Positions 9,727 to 20,420 of a DNA stretch of 64,000 nt are shown here, piece after piece. The stretch is taken from positions 423,777 to 487,776 of the forward strand of contig CBDHDI010000026.1 of the NCBI GenBank assembly GCA_965261685.1, read 5' to 3'. Made by a program: the position numbers and the translations under genes. The notes beneath the pieces were generated by a model. It did no database searches and had not been told where the DNA came from. It saw only the letters and a list, made by a program, of their open reading frames with translations. How positions within the stretch are numbered: position 1 is the first letter of the stretch; the number at the start of each line of letters is the position of its first letter. The DNA comes from Dehalococcoidia bacterium (lineage in GTDB: Bacteria > Chloroflexota > Dehalococcoidia > UBA2979).

Positions 9727-10590
9727 CTATCCCGGCAGCGCCGGGTCGGGCACGCGGCAGCCCTGCTCGCGAGCCGCCTCGAGGAATGCGTCGGTCACGG
9801 CGTCGGGGAGCGGGATGTCGCCCGGCGGGCGTTCGTCGTCGCGGTCGATGCCGTGGAAGTCGGAGCCGCCGAGGGCGAACAGGCCCAACCCCTCGGCGAG
9901 CGCGGCGAGCTCGCCGACGAGCTCCGGCTCGTAGTGCTTGTAGTACGCCTCGAGGCCGAACGCGCCCACAGCCGCCAGCTCCGCGGCGACGCGCGGGTAG
10001 TCGTCCGTGAACGAGGGGTGGGCGAAGACGGCGAGGCCGTCCGAATCCCGGATCATCGCGATCGCCTCGGCGGGGGCGAGCTTCGCACGCTCCGCGTAGG
10101 CGGGGCCGTTGCGGCCGATGAAGCGCTCGAACGCCTCGTCGAACGTCTGGATGTGGCCGGCTTCGAGCAGCGCCTGCGCGATGTGCGGCCGGCCGACCGA
10201 GGCCTCGCCCGCGAGTTCCTGCACCCGCGACCACTCGATCGGCGCGCCCAGCCGCTCGAGGGCGTCGATGATGCGCTGCGCCCGGTCGATGCGCCCTCGG
10301 CGGAACTCGTCGAGTTGCTCGATCAGCTCAGGCCGCTCGCGATCGACGAAGTAGCCGAGGATGTGCACCTCGGTACCGGGCACGTCGCAGGACAGCTCGA
10401 CGCCGGGCACGAGCGTGAAGCCGGGGTGGCGGGCCGCCGCGGCCTCCGCCTCGGCGAGGCCGTCGAGGGTGTCGTGATCGGTCAGCGCCATCACGCGCAC
10501 GCCCCCGCCCGCCGCGAGGTCCACGAGCTCCGTCGGCGTGAGCAGGCCGTCGGAGCAGGTCGAGTGGGTGTGGAAGTCGCCGCGGCTCAC
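9727..10590 (-). CDS. PHP-domain metal-dependent phosphoesterase (TrpH/YciV-like)
   Basis: DFHTHSTCSDGLLTP...ALTDHDTLDG PHP motifs. Confidence 0.8.
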   Translation of the reverse strand: MSRGDFHTHSTCSDGLLTPTELVDLAAGGGVRVMALTDHDTLDGLAEAEAAAARHPGFTLVPGVELSCDVPGTEVHILGYFVDRERPELIEQLDEFRRGRIDRAQRIIDALERLGAPIEWSRVQELAGEASVGRPHIAQALLEAGHIQTFDEAFERFIGRNGPAYAERAKLAPAEAIAMIRDSDGLAVFAHPSFTDDYPRVAAELAAVGAFGLEAYYKHYEPELVGELAALAEGLGLFALGGSDFHGIDRDDERPPGDIPLPDAVTDAFLEAAREQGCRVPDPALPG

Positions 10591-10600
10591 GAGGCCGACG

Positions 10601-11377
10601 TCACCACAGCGGGAGCACGCGATCGACGCGCTCGATGCTGGTCGCCCGGCCGCTGGCGCTGTCGATATCGATCAGCACGGAGTTGAAGACGCCGTCCTCG
10701 CCGGAGGCGACCGGCAGGCGGGTCGGCATGCCGGTCACGAAGCGGCTGATCACCGACTCGATGTCGTCGCCGATGACCGAGTCGCGCACGCCGACCATGC
10801 CGAGGTCGCCGACGGCGGCCGTGCCTTCGGCCAGCAGCCGCGCGTCCGCCGTCGGTACGTGGGTGTGCGTCCCGACGACCGCGGCGACGCGCCCGTCGAG
10901 GTACCAGGCGAGTGCCTGCTGCTCGCTCGACGCCTCGGCGTGGAAGTCGACGACGATGCTGCTGCCGGGCGCGATGCCCTCGAGCAGCTGGTCGGCGGCG
11001 CGGAACGGGTCGTCGACGACGGCGGGCATGAAGACGCGGCCCATCAGGTTGATCACGGTCAGCCCGTCGATCGTCCAGATGCCGCGCCCGGGCACCACGG
11101 GCGGGTAGTTGGCCGGTCGCAGCACAGGCCAGTCGCGGTTGAGGGCGGGGACGAACTCGCGCACGTCGAAGATGTGGTTGCCGGAGGTGATCACGTCGAC
11201 GCCGGCGGCGAACAGCTCGTTGGCGGTGCGCTCGGTCAGCCCTCGCCCGCGCGCGGCGTTCTCACCGTTGGCGATCACGCGGTCGATGGCGAGCGAGTCG
11301 CGCAGCCCGGGCAGCGCGGAGGCGACGATTTCGCGGCCCGGCCGGCCGACGATGTCGCCGACCATGAGGACGCGCAC
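10601..11377 (-). CDS. ymdB: YmdB-family metallophosphoesterase (2',3'-cyclic-nucleotide phosphodiesterase-like)
   Basis: MRVLMVGDIVGRPGR...ANGENAARGRGLT...GNHIFD. It lies immediately downstream of rny, as in Bacillus. Confidence 0.8.
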   Translation of the reverse strand: MRVLMVGDIVGRPGREIVASALPGLRDSLAIDRVIANGENAARGRGLTERTANELFAAGVDVITSGNHIFDVREFVPALNRDWPVLRPANYPPVVPGRGIWTIDGLTVINLMGRVFMPAVVDDPFRAADQLLEGIAPGSSIVVDFHAEASSEQQALAWYLDGRVAAVVGTHTHVPTADARLLAEGTAAVGDLGMVGVRDSVIGDDIESVISRFVTGMPTRLPVASGEDGVFNSVLIDIDSASGRATSIERVDRVLPLW

Positions 11378-11380
11378 GGG

Positions 11381-12988
11381 CTAGCGCGCGATCGCGCTGG
11401 CGCGCGTCTCGCGGACGACCGTGACGCGGATCTGGCCGGGGTACTGCAAGGTCTCCTCGACCTTGCGCGAGACGTCTCGTGCGAGCCGCGTCGCCCCGAG
11501 GTCGTCGACCTCCTCGGGACGGACGAGCACGCGGATCTCGCGCCCCGCCTGGATCGCGAACGACTGCTCGACGCCGTCGAAGGAGTTGGCGACCGCCTCG
11601 AGGGCTTCGAGGCGCTTCACGTACTGCTCGATCGAGTCGCGGCGCGCGCCGGGGCGGCTGCCCGAGATCGCGTCGGCGATGATCACGATCAGCGCCTCGG
11701 TCGTCTCGGGTGCGATCTCCTCGTGGTGGGCGTGGATGCAGTGCACGATCTCGTCACCGACGCCGAAGCGGCGCGCGATCTCCGCGCCGAGCGCGGCGTG
11801 CGTGCCCTCCATCTCGCGGTCGACGGCCTTGCCGAGGTCGTGCAGCAGCCCGCCGACGCGCACCGTCTCCACGTCCGCGCCGATCTCGTGCGCGATCGCG
11901 ACCGCGAGCCAGGAGGTCTCGACGGAGTGTCGCAACTGGTTCTGGCCGTAGGAGTAGCGGAAGCGCAGCTTGCCGAGCGTCTTCGCAACCTCCGGGTGGA
12001 GCGCCGCAACCTCGGCATCGAGGAGCGCCTGCTCGCCGGCCTCGGTCACCATCCGGTCCACCTCGCTGCGCGCCTTCTCGACGGCTTCCTCGATGCGGCT
12101 GGGCTGGATGCGCCCGTCCTGCACGAGGCGTGCGAGCGCTACGCGGGCGATCTCGCGCCGCACGGGGTCGAAGCCGACGACCGTGACGACCTCGGGCGTG
12201 TCGTCGATCAGCAGGTCGCAGCCGGTGGCGGCCTCGAAGGCGCGGATGTTGCGGCCCTCGCGCCCGATGATGCGGCCCTTCAGTTCGTCGGAGGGGATCG
12301 GGACGACGGAGACCGTCGCCTCCGAGGTGATCTCGGAGGTCATGCGCTGCATCACGGTCGCGAGGATCTTGCGTCCGCGTGTGTCGGCCTCGGCCTTGGT
12401 GGCGGTCTCCATCGCGCGCACGCGGCGCGCGGACTCGTCGCGCAGCTCGGTGTCGAGGCTGTCGAGCAGCAGGTCGCGCGCCTCCTCGGCGCTCAGTCCG
12501 GCAATCCGCTCAAGCTCGTTGCGGAAGACGGACTCCTGCTCGCGCACCCGCTCCTCTTCCACCTGGAGGCGCGCCTGGCCGGCTTCGAGTTCCTTCTCGC
12601 GGCGGTCCAGGCCCTCGGCGCGGTCGCGGATGGACTGCTCGCCGCGCTCGAGGCCCTCGGCACGGCGATCCAGCGACTCCTCGCGCTGCTCGAGGCGGCG
12701 CTCGACGCGGGCGGCCTCGCGCCGCTCCTCGCGCAGTTCCTCGTCTGCCTCCGCGCGGTAGCGGAGGCCCGCCTGGTCTGCCTCCTCGCGGTAGCGGAGG
12801 CCGGCCTGCTGCGCCTCGAGCTGCAGTTCGCGGCTGCGGTTCTCCGCCTGCTCGCGGATGAGGTTGGCGGCCTGCTCGGCGCGGCGGCGCAGGTCGCGCG
12901 CGCCGAGGCCGAGGACGGCGTAGGCGACGGCGAAGCCGATCACGAGAGCGACCACGCCCACCAGGGCGCTGAGGACGAGTGGATCCAT
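11381..12988 (-). CDS. rny: Ribonuclease Y (TM anchor, coiled coil, KH and HD domains); start taken at MDPLVLSALVGVV
   Basis: N-terminal TM helix, a long coiled coil, the KH domain (GREGRNIRAFEAATGCDLLIDDTPEVVTV) and the HD domain (LLHDLGKAVD...HHE). Confidence 0.85.
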   Translation of the reverse strand: MDPLVLSALVGVVALVIGFAVAYAVLGLGARDLRRRAEQAANLIREQAENRSRELQLEAQQAGLRYREEADQAGLRYRAEADEELREERREAARVERRLEQREESLDRRAEGLERGEQSIRDRAEGLDRREKELEAGQARLQVEEERVREQESVFRNELERIAGLSAEEARDLLLDSLDTELRDESARRVRAMETATKAEADTRGRKILATVMQRMTSEITSEATVSVVPIPSDELKGRIIGREGRNIRAFEAATGCDLLIDDTPEVVTVVGFDPVRREIARVALARLVQDGRIQPSRIEEAVEKARSEVDRMVTEAGEQALLDAEVAALHPEVAKTLGKLRFRYSYGQNQLRHSVETSWLAVAIAHEIGADVETVRVGGLLHDLGKAVDREMEGTHAALGAEIARRFGVGDEIVHCIHAHHEEIAPETTEALIVIIADAISGSRPGARRDSIEQYVKRLEALEAVANSFDGVEQSFAIQAGREIRVLVRPEEVDDLGATRLARDVSRKVEETLQYPGQIRVTVVRETRASAIAR

Positions 12989-13149
12989 CGGATGGCCTCG
13001 ATTCGAGACCCGCGCCTCCGCCGAAGCGGGTCGCGAGACATAAGTCGGCATCTGCGGCGTGGCGGCATCGCTGAGGGGCCAGTGAGCGCCCGCGCCGTCG
13101 ATGGGCACAGTCTAGCACCGCGCATGGGGGCGCGCTCTCCGAGCGAGCG

Positions 13150-13714
13150 CTACGGGCGGGCGTGGGCCGATTCGTACGTGGGTGAGGCCTGCAATGTGGC
13201 GCGGGCGCGCTGGATCGTCGCGGGGTCGAAGCCGCGGCGTGCGAGTGCAGCGACGAGGCGCTGTGCGCGCTTGCGGGCGGCGCGCGAGTCGCCGTCGGCG
13301 CCGGCGGCAGGGAGCCGCCGCAGGGCGATCCTCGCAGCCGCGAGGGCGGCGCGATCGTCGTCGTGCTCGTCCGTGGCGGTGACGGCGATCTCCTGGGAGA
13401 TGCCGTGCGAACGCAGTTCGCGCTGCAGCATCCGCGCGCTGCGCAGCAGCGATCGCGGCCGCTCGACGTAGGCGGCGGCCCAGGCGCGGTCATCGACGTA
13501 TCCGAGGGCGCGCAGGCGCCTCAGCGCGCTCGCCGTCGCGGCGGCGGTGAAGTGCCGTTCGAGGCGCTCGCGGAGATCGTGCTCGCTGCGCGAGCTGCGG
13601 CTGAGCAGCCACAGTCCGCGCTGTACGGCCTTGCGCGGATCGTCGCCGAGCGCTGCGTCGCCACTGCGGGCGGCGCGGCGACGGCGGGCCGGTGCTCGCA
13701 CGGCCTGCGCCGGC

Positions 13715-13722
<8 letters not shown>
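13150..13722 (-). CDS. recX: RecX regulatory protein
   Basis: It overlaps the recA stop. Repeated helical [17 protein letters not shown] RecX modules are present. Confidence 0.75.
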
Positions 13723-14854
<1,132 letters not shown>

Positions 14855-14917
14855 GGAGCGATCCTTCCGCGTACTCTGCGTCTCTATCGTGTCACTGTTT
14901 GCGGTACGCGGGGAGAA

Positions 14918-14933
14918 TAGAACGCAGGTTCTA
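14918..14933. promoter_or_regulatory. Cheo/LexA-type SOS box (GAAC-N4-GTTC) upstream of recA
   Basis: tAGAACgcagGTTCTa is a palindrome located 64-79 bp upstream of the recA start codon. Confidence 0.5.
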
Positions 14934-14972
14934 TAACGTCAAGCGACCCCGGGAGGCCCCGAGGAGGCCCGC

Positions 14973-15242
14973 GTGGAGACCGTCCGGCTCCCGGTGCGCC
15001 TCACGCCTCGCGCCTCCCGTGACGCGATCGCGGGCTTCGAGGGCGAGACACTGCGCGTGCGCGTCACGGCGCCGCCGGTCGAGGGGCGCGCCAACCGCGC
15101 GCTCGAGCGCCTGCTCGCGAAGCGCCTGGGCCTCCCACGCGGCGCGGTGCGCGTGGTCGTGGGGCAGACCTCGCGCAGCAAGGTCGTGGCGGTCGACGGC
15201 GTGGATGCAGTGGAGCTGCGTCGCCGCCTCGGGGACGCCTGA
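14973..15242 (+). CDS. DUF167/YggU-family protein
   Basis: 89 aa: VRLTPRASRDAIAGFEGETLRVRVTAPPVEGRANRALERLLAKRLGLPRGAVRVVVGQTSRSK. Confidence 0.75.
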   Translation: METVRLPVRLTPRASRDAIAGFEGETLRVRVTAPPVEGRANRALERLLAKRLGLPRGAVRVVVGQTSRSKVVAVDGVDAVELRRRLGDA

Positions 15243-15261
15243 GTCAGCGACGTTGTGGGTG

Positions 15262-15549
15262 TCACTCCGCCAGGGAAGACGTGGGCCAGGGGGTATGCGG
15301 GAATAGCATTTGCTGGATCACGACGATGATCGCCATCGCGATCCACGGTGTGACGTCGAACGGCCCACCCTGGGGAATGACGCGTCGCAGGGGATTCACG
15401 ATCGGATCCGCGATCGCGCTGAAGAGGCGCAACAACGGCGGGTTCTTGTGCTCGTGGTTGATCAGGAGCCAGCCAAGCGCCATGCGGGCGAGGATCGCGA
15501 GCCAGAGCACGGTCAGCAGCAAATCCGCAGTATCGAGCAGCACGTCCAC
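15262..15549 (-). CDS. YggT-family membrane protein
   Basis: 95 aa, two TM helices, and ...PIVNPLRRVIPQGGPFDVTPWIA. Confidence 0.65.
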   Translation of the reverse strand: MDVLLDTADLLLTVLWLAILARMALGWLLINHEHKNPPLLRLFSAIADPIVNPLRRVIPQGGPFDVTPWIAMAIIVVIQQMLFPHTPWPTSSLAE

Positions 15550-15670
15550 CCTGTAGCCATCCCCACTGTCCGATCGCGGTGACGTTCAGGATCCATGTTA
15601 CACGCCGTGCAGTCGCACCCGAGGGCCCGAGGCGCGGCGAGGGAGGGCGACCGAGGGAGGTCTGACCCGG

Positions 15671-15922
15671 CTAGATGCTCGAGACGAGCGCCTGCTGGAT
15701 GACGATGATGATCAGGATCGCCACCATCGGCGTGATGTCGAAGAGGCCGACGCGCGGCACCACGCGGCGCAGCGGCCCGAGGATCGGCTCCGTGATCGCG
15801 TCGAGCGTCTTCACGATCGGGCCGTCCTGATCGATCGGGAACCAGCTGACGATCGCGCGCGCGAAGATCGCGAACCAGAGCACGTTCAGCAGCATGCTCA
15901 CAATCCCGATGAGTGCAGTCAT
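15671..15922 (-). CDS. YggT-family membrane protein (paralog)
   Basis: 83 aa: AITEPILGPLRRVVPRVGLFDITPMVAILII. Confidence 0.7.
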   Translation of the reverse strand: MTALIGIVSMLLNVLWFAIFARAIVSWFPIDQDGPIVKTLDAITEPILGPLRRVVPRVGLFDITPMVAILIIIVIQQALVSSI

Positions 15923-16725
15923 TCCGCTTCCCCCAGATCCAGTGCCCTCGTGAACGCCGCCTCGATCGCATCGTCGACGGCGGCGCGAAGGCCGGCCGCT
16001 TCCAGTTCGGAGAGCGCCGCTGCGGTCGTCCCGCCCGGCGAGGTTACGGCGTTGCGCAGGGTCGCTGCGTGCTCGCCGGTCTCGATCGCGTAGCGGGCCG
16101 AGCCGGCGACGGTCGCCAGCACCAGCTCGGTCGCGTCCGGCCGCTTCATGCCGAGCCGCACCGCCGAATCCACCATCGCCTCGATCAGCAGGTAGACGTA
16201 GGCGGGGCCCGATCCGTGCAGCGCCGTTGCGAGGTCCACCGCCTCGTCGTCGGCGACCTCGACGACGGCGGTCGCGACGCCGCTCAGCACCTCGCGGACG
16301 CGGGCGAGTTGTTTGTCGCTGAGCTCGGGGGCCGCGAGGTAGACGGCGGCGCCCTCGCCGATGGCGGCGGGGAGGTTCGGCATCACGCGCACGGATGCGC
16401 GGTGCCCGCTGTGGCGCTGCACCTCGGCGAGCGGGGTGCCGGCGGCGATCGAGACGAGCACCGCGTCCGGGGGGATGGCCCCGGCGAGGCTGCGCGCCGT
16501 CGCGGCCAGGTCGTCCGGCTTGACCGCGAGCAGCACGAGGTCCGCGCCGATGCAGGCGCTCTCCGGGTCGTCGGTGACGCGCACGCCGTGCCCGGCGAGC
16601 GCGAGGCGGCGATCGGCGATCAGCTCGGCGATGGCGACCGCGGACGGCGCGGCAACGCCGGCGCGCAAGATGCCGCGCAGGAACGCCTCGCCCATGAAGC
16701 CGCCGCCGATGATCCCGATTCGCAC
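15919..16725 (-). CDS. proC: Pyrroline-5-carboxylate reductase
   Basis: MRIGIIGGGFMGEA Rossmann motif and overall ProC-like sequence. Confidence 0.85.
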   Translation of the reverse strand: MRIGIIGGGFMGEAFLRGILRAGVAAPSAVAIAELIADRRLALAGHGVRVTDDPESACIGADLVLLAVKPDDLAATARSLAGAIPPDAVLVSIAAGTPLAEVQRHSGHRASVRVMPNLPAAIGEGAAVYLAAPELSDKQLARVREVLSGVATAVVEVADDEAVDLATALHGSGPAYVYLLIEAMVDSAVRLGMKRPDATELVLATVAGSARYAIETGEHAATLRNAVTSPGGTTAAALSELEAAGLRAAVDDAIEAAFTRALDLGEAE

Positions 16726-16745
16726 GCTGCTTCCTCCGCCTGCCG

Positions 16746-17456
16746 CTACGTGCCTCGCGCTCCGAAGATCACACGCCCGAGCCGTACGACCGTCGCGCCT
16801 TCCTCAATGGCGACGGCGTAGTCGTCCGTCATGCCCATCGAAAGGCCCTCAAGCCCGTGGGCGTGGGCCAGTTCGCGCAGTTGCCGGAACACGGGCCGCA
16901 CCTGCTCCGGGTCGTCCGTGAGCGGCGCGACGGTCATCAGGCCGGCGACCGCGATGTGGCGGCGGTTCGCCGCCTCCCGCAGCAGTTCCGGTAGCTCCTC
17001 CGGAGCGACCCCGTCCTTCGAGGCCTCGGCGGCCACGTTGACTTCAAGGTAGCAGGGTAGCGGTCCGCGCGCGGAAGCGTCGCCCGCGGCCTCGAGGCGT
17101 TCGGCGCGCCGCTCGATCTCGTCGGCCAGCCGGACCGAGTCGAGTGAGTGCAGCGCGGCGATGTGGGGCAGCACGCCGCGGACCTTGTTGCGCTGCAGCC
17201 GCCCGATGAAGTGCCAGCGCGGCGCGAGGCCGCGCGCCTCGAGCGCCTCGGCCTTTGGCAGCAGTTCCTGCGCCCGGTTCTCCCCGACGTCGGTCAGCCC
17301 CGCCGCCAGCGCCTCCTCGACCAGCGACGGCGGATGCGTCTTCGTCACGCCGACGATCGTGACCTCGGCGGGGTCGCGGCCGGCGCGATCGCAGGCGGCG
17401 GCGATGTGCTCGCGCACGGCGGCGAGGCGCGATGCGATCGAGGTGGTGGTGGTCAT
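16746..17456 (-). CDS. yggS: YggS-family PLP-binding homeostasis protein
   Basis: VGVTKTHP...HFIGRLQRNK...MGMTDDY motifs. Confidence 0.85.
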   Translation of the reverse strand: MTTTTSIASRLAAVREHIAAACDRAGRDPAEVTIVGVTKTHPPSLVEEALAAGLTDVGENRAQELLPKAEALEARGLAPRWHFIGRLQRNKVRGVLPHIAALHSLDSVRLADEIERRAERLEAAGDASARGPLPCYLEVNVAAEASKDGVAPEELPELLREAANRRHIAVAGLMTVAPLTDDPEQVRPVFRQLRELAHAHGLEGLSMGMTDDYAVAIEEGATVVRLGRVIFGARGT

Positions 17457-17978
17457 GCGGCAAGGCTACGCCCCCCGAACGGCCAGCCGCCAGACACACG
17501 CCTGAAACGCAAACGTCATCGCACCGCCACACAACCGTTAACGCATCGTCATCCGGGCTCGCGAGACTGCACTGCGAGGCGACGTGGTCACTTCCGTCGG
17601 GGCCGGATGGCCTGGGGGAGCGCAGCGCCGCAGCGCCGCTACCGATCGATGGTGAGTACCTGCCCGGCGCGAGGTTCGCGGGGCAGGGCCGCAGCCGGGC
17701 GGCGTTCGCCGCCCGCAAGCCGCTCCGATGCCCGCCCCTGCCGCCACCGTCCCGCGATCGCCGTGCCTGTTGCTCGCGCGTGACTGCGTACGGGACGCAT
17801 TGGCGCTCTCCGCAGCGAGCGCCTCGGGAGTCGTTGCGAGAAGTGCCTGATTCGCGCCGAGCTGTTCAAGGACTGGCCTGACCGCCAGTACTGCGAGTGC
17901 CGCCTTCCTACGCTCGGAGGCCTGCCCTCCCTCCTTGACGAGGCCGCGGTTCCGGAGGTGTGGGTGGCTTCGTAGGTG

Positions 17979-18446
17979 CTAGCGATCGTCGGCGGGTGCC
18001 TTGAATCGGCAGCCTTGCCGGTGCCTGAGCAGGTGCGTGTGAGTGGCATTCTGGTAGACCGCGCCGCGAAGACTGCTGATCAGCTCGCGGTTGCGGAAGT
18101 CGGCGTGCAGTAGCTGGTCCTCGGAACAGAGCCGCCGAGCCCCCGATACGCGGGCGAGTGCGATGACGTGCGCATCGTCCGATTTGCACAAGTCTGCGAT
18201 CTGGCGGGTCTCAGCCTCGACCTCGCCTGGACGGACATCTTCCATGTCCTTGGCACGCGCGGCGCGAATCCACTGCTGGATCGCGCGCCTGGCGTTCTCT
18301 GACTTGTACAGCTCCTCGCGAAGGTGGCCTCCGACGACGAGCACTCCCTTCCCATCGTTAATCCAGTTCCAGAGCGGTTGGAGATCAGGGTCGACAGGAG
18401 TGCCGAAGAAGCGGTCTCGCATGTTGTTGTCGATGATCGCGCACAC
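17979..18446 (-). CDS. Hypothetical protein (possible PIN-like nuclease), first gene inside the accessory region
   Basis: 155-aa ORF with a protein-like composition. No family confidently recognised. Confidence 0.35.
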   Translation of the reverse strand: MCAIIDNNMRDRFFGTPVDPDLQPLWNWINDGKGVLVVGGHLREELYKSENARRAIQQWIRAARAKDMEDVRPGEVEAETRQIADLCKSDDAHVIALARVSGARRLCSEDQLLHADFRNRELISSLRGAVYQNATHTHLLRHRQGCRFKAPADDR

Positions 18447-18554
18447 GGTCAGTCGACGCCGAAGAACCGGCGCTGCTCCGCGAGGAAGAAGCTTCGGTAG
18501 CCCTCCGGCACATCGACGACGCGGCCCGAGGCGTCCACCTCGATGGGATTGAAA

Positions 18555-18603
18555 CTCACCCTTTCAAGGTGGAAACAGGGGTTCGAACCCCCTTGGGGGC
18601 ACC
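18555..18603 (+). tRNA. Partial tRNA-Glu(TTC): anticodon arm + T-arm + acceptor 3' strand + CCA, without 5' half (att-like remnant)
   Basis: TCACC CTTTCAA GGTGG aaac AGGGG TTCGAAC CCCCT TGGGGGC A CCA. No matching GCCCCCA acceptor 5' strand or D-arm lies upstream. Confidence 0.5.
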
Positions 18604-18769
18604 AATAACCACAAGGGTTTTTCGCCGTCCTCGTTCGGTCACCCGGCTCGAGTGGCACCAGCTTGGGGCCAAACTGGGGCCAATCTCCCGATCAAGTAGT
18701 CGAGCAGCTCGCCGCAGGATCCTGCGGTGCACAAGGGCCGCGGCTCCGCTCGGGGCATCGCCGCCGACC

Positions 18770-18960
18770 TCTCGGGCACGCCCATAGGCGACTATGGCTC
18801 GACGCGCTGCCACCTGCTCTACCGGTTCAGCCCGGAGATACGGACGGAGTTCGGTCGCTTCGAGGAGGGTTTGTCGAGGCTCTCCTGGGCGCGCTCGAAG
18901 AGCTCGCTCGGGACGGTCTGCGAGGACGCTCCCTCAATCTCGATGGTCGAACTCAGCGGA
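18770..18960 (+). pseudogene. Decayed duplicate fragment of SNF2-family helicase (motif II/III region)
   Basis: DPAVHKGRGSARGIAADLSGTPIGDYGSTRCHLLYRFSPEIRTEFGRFEEG, then (after a frameshift) GFVEALLGALEELARDGLRGRS. These are homologous to 23092..23420 (DEVHEYKGRGSAQGIAA...LSGTLMGGYSSTLFHLLYRFSPEIRTEFGRSEEG...GFVEHTVGRDDGDSLEDGRTS). Confidence 0.4.
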
Positions 18961-20072
18961 CAACTCCCTGAAGATCCTCGACCACAGCTCGTTCCACGCG
19001 TTCGTCGGCGGACCCGTGTACTCGCGGACCTCGCGTGTTACCGCGCAGCTCGGCAGTCTCCGTGTCGTGCTCGTCTTCCCAGCAATCCGCTTCGTAGGGC
19101 GGAACCTCGAACAGGTCGTCGTGGGGCTCGATCAACGTCAGACGAGTGATGAACGATCGCGGCCAGCCGTGGGTCCATGATGGCGCGGAGCTGCGGCAGC
19201 GTGTCGAGCATCCACGCCCGCGTCTCGGCGTGGCGTTCGGGCAGGTCGTGGATCGCGCCCTCACGACTTGGCGCCCTCACGACTTGGGTTGATGCTGGAG
19301 TACGTGAGGCGGCCCTGCCTGTACCACGGCCATTGCGCGTCGGGCACGTCGCCAAGTTCGGCCTCGATGCTGGCGCGGTCGGCGTGGAGCTCGTCGAAGA
19401 TGCGTTTGGTGTGAGCGGTCAGCTCGAGCCGCAGCCCGATCGCCTCGCCGAGGAGGTCGAGCTGAGCAGCCAGCCAGGGCGTGAAGTCGAGCGCCTCGTG
19501 GGCCCCAGCGCTTGCGGGCCAGCCGTCCGGCATCGCCGCCGCCGGTCTCGGGCACGGTGGCCTACTCGTCCCGCGCGCCGTGGTCGCCCGGCCGCACGTC
19601 GAAGCCGAGGCGGTCGCGGTAGAGGACGTAGTCGTCGGCGTCGAGGCCGAATCTTGTGGGACTCCGCGCGCGGTGGCGTTTGGCAGCCGCCCCAAGGCGA
19701 GTTCGTCTCTCTGGGCGTTGCGCATGACGGCGCGTGCGGGGTTCGTACCGATGGATCGGTGGTGTGCTGGCCGGTGGCAGCGGCAGGTTTGAAGCGCCAG
19801 AAGGCTCTTCGTTCGTGGCTGTCCGTGTCGGGATCACGAGACCTGCGGCCTCAGGACCGACAGCTCGGTGATCTGCGGGGCACTAGCCCCCCCAACGAGC
19901 CCGCGCCCCGACTGTTGGGCATCAGAAGTGGGTGTTGCCGAGGGCCTTCTCTGTGCATTGCGCTCCTGTCTATCTCGTTACTCGCGCTGCGTCGTGGGCG
20001 TGGCCTGGGCATCCACCTAGCCCAGGGAGTTCCGAGAGCGAAGCGGACGCATGGATCGCGACCCGGTGCCGG

Positions 20073-20420
20073 TTAGCAGGGGACCATGGCAACACCTACG
20101 TCGGCGGTCTCGGTGAGACGGCGCAGGTTCTCGGGATCGCTGGTGAGGAGGTGATCGCCGCTCTCTGCGACAAGGACCACGGTCGCGTCGATCGGGTCGG
20201 CGGTGCCGGCCTGTCCCAGCAGCGCGCCCGCATTGCGCGCAAGCCGGTCGTCCACGGCGCGGACATCGACGGCGCGGAGCAGGCGCGCCAGTCGCGCTTG
20301 GCGGCCGGCCGGGTCGCGCCACACCTGAGCGACGACGATGGCGCTCGTGCGCAGTTGATGGCCGGAGATCTGCAGGCCTCGCAGGCAGCAGAGATCCTGG
20401 GCGTCAGCGAGCGACACGCG
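20073..20420 (-). CDS. PIN-domain (VapC-like) protein, N-terminal boundary uncertain
   Basis: The C-terminal IDATVVLVAESGDHLLTSDPENLRRL is typical of PIN toxins. Upstream, LRTSAIVVAQV resembles the N-terminal Asp/Thr motif. Confidence 0.4.
   Translation of the reverse strand, partial: RVSLADAQDLCCLRGLQISGHQLRTSAIVVAQVWRDPAGRQARLARLLRAVDVRAVDDRLARNAGALLGQAGTADPIDATVVLVAESGDHLLTSDPENLRRLTETADVGVAMVPC

Noticed and set aside
9709-10686. 325-aa + strand ORF
   Set aside because: Antisense to the PHP-domain gene. No recognisable motifs.
10538-13471. 977-aa ORF on the + strand
   Set aside because: It is entirely antisense to ymdB/rny/recX, which have strong homology-based support. It is Arg/Ala/Gly-rich, the typical spurious antisense ORF of 70% GC DNA.
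18449-18658. 69-aa ORF translating through the tRNA-Glu fragment (…GGSNPCFHLERVSF…)
   Set aside because: Its N-terminal half is the translation of tRNA-derived sequence. The remaining ~35 codons are too short to call as a gene without homology.
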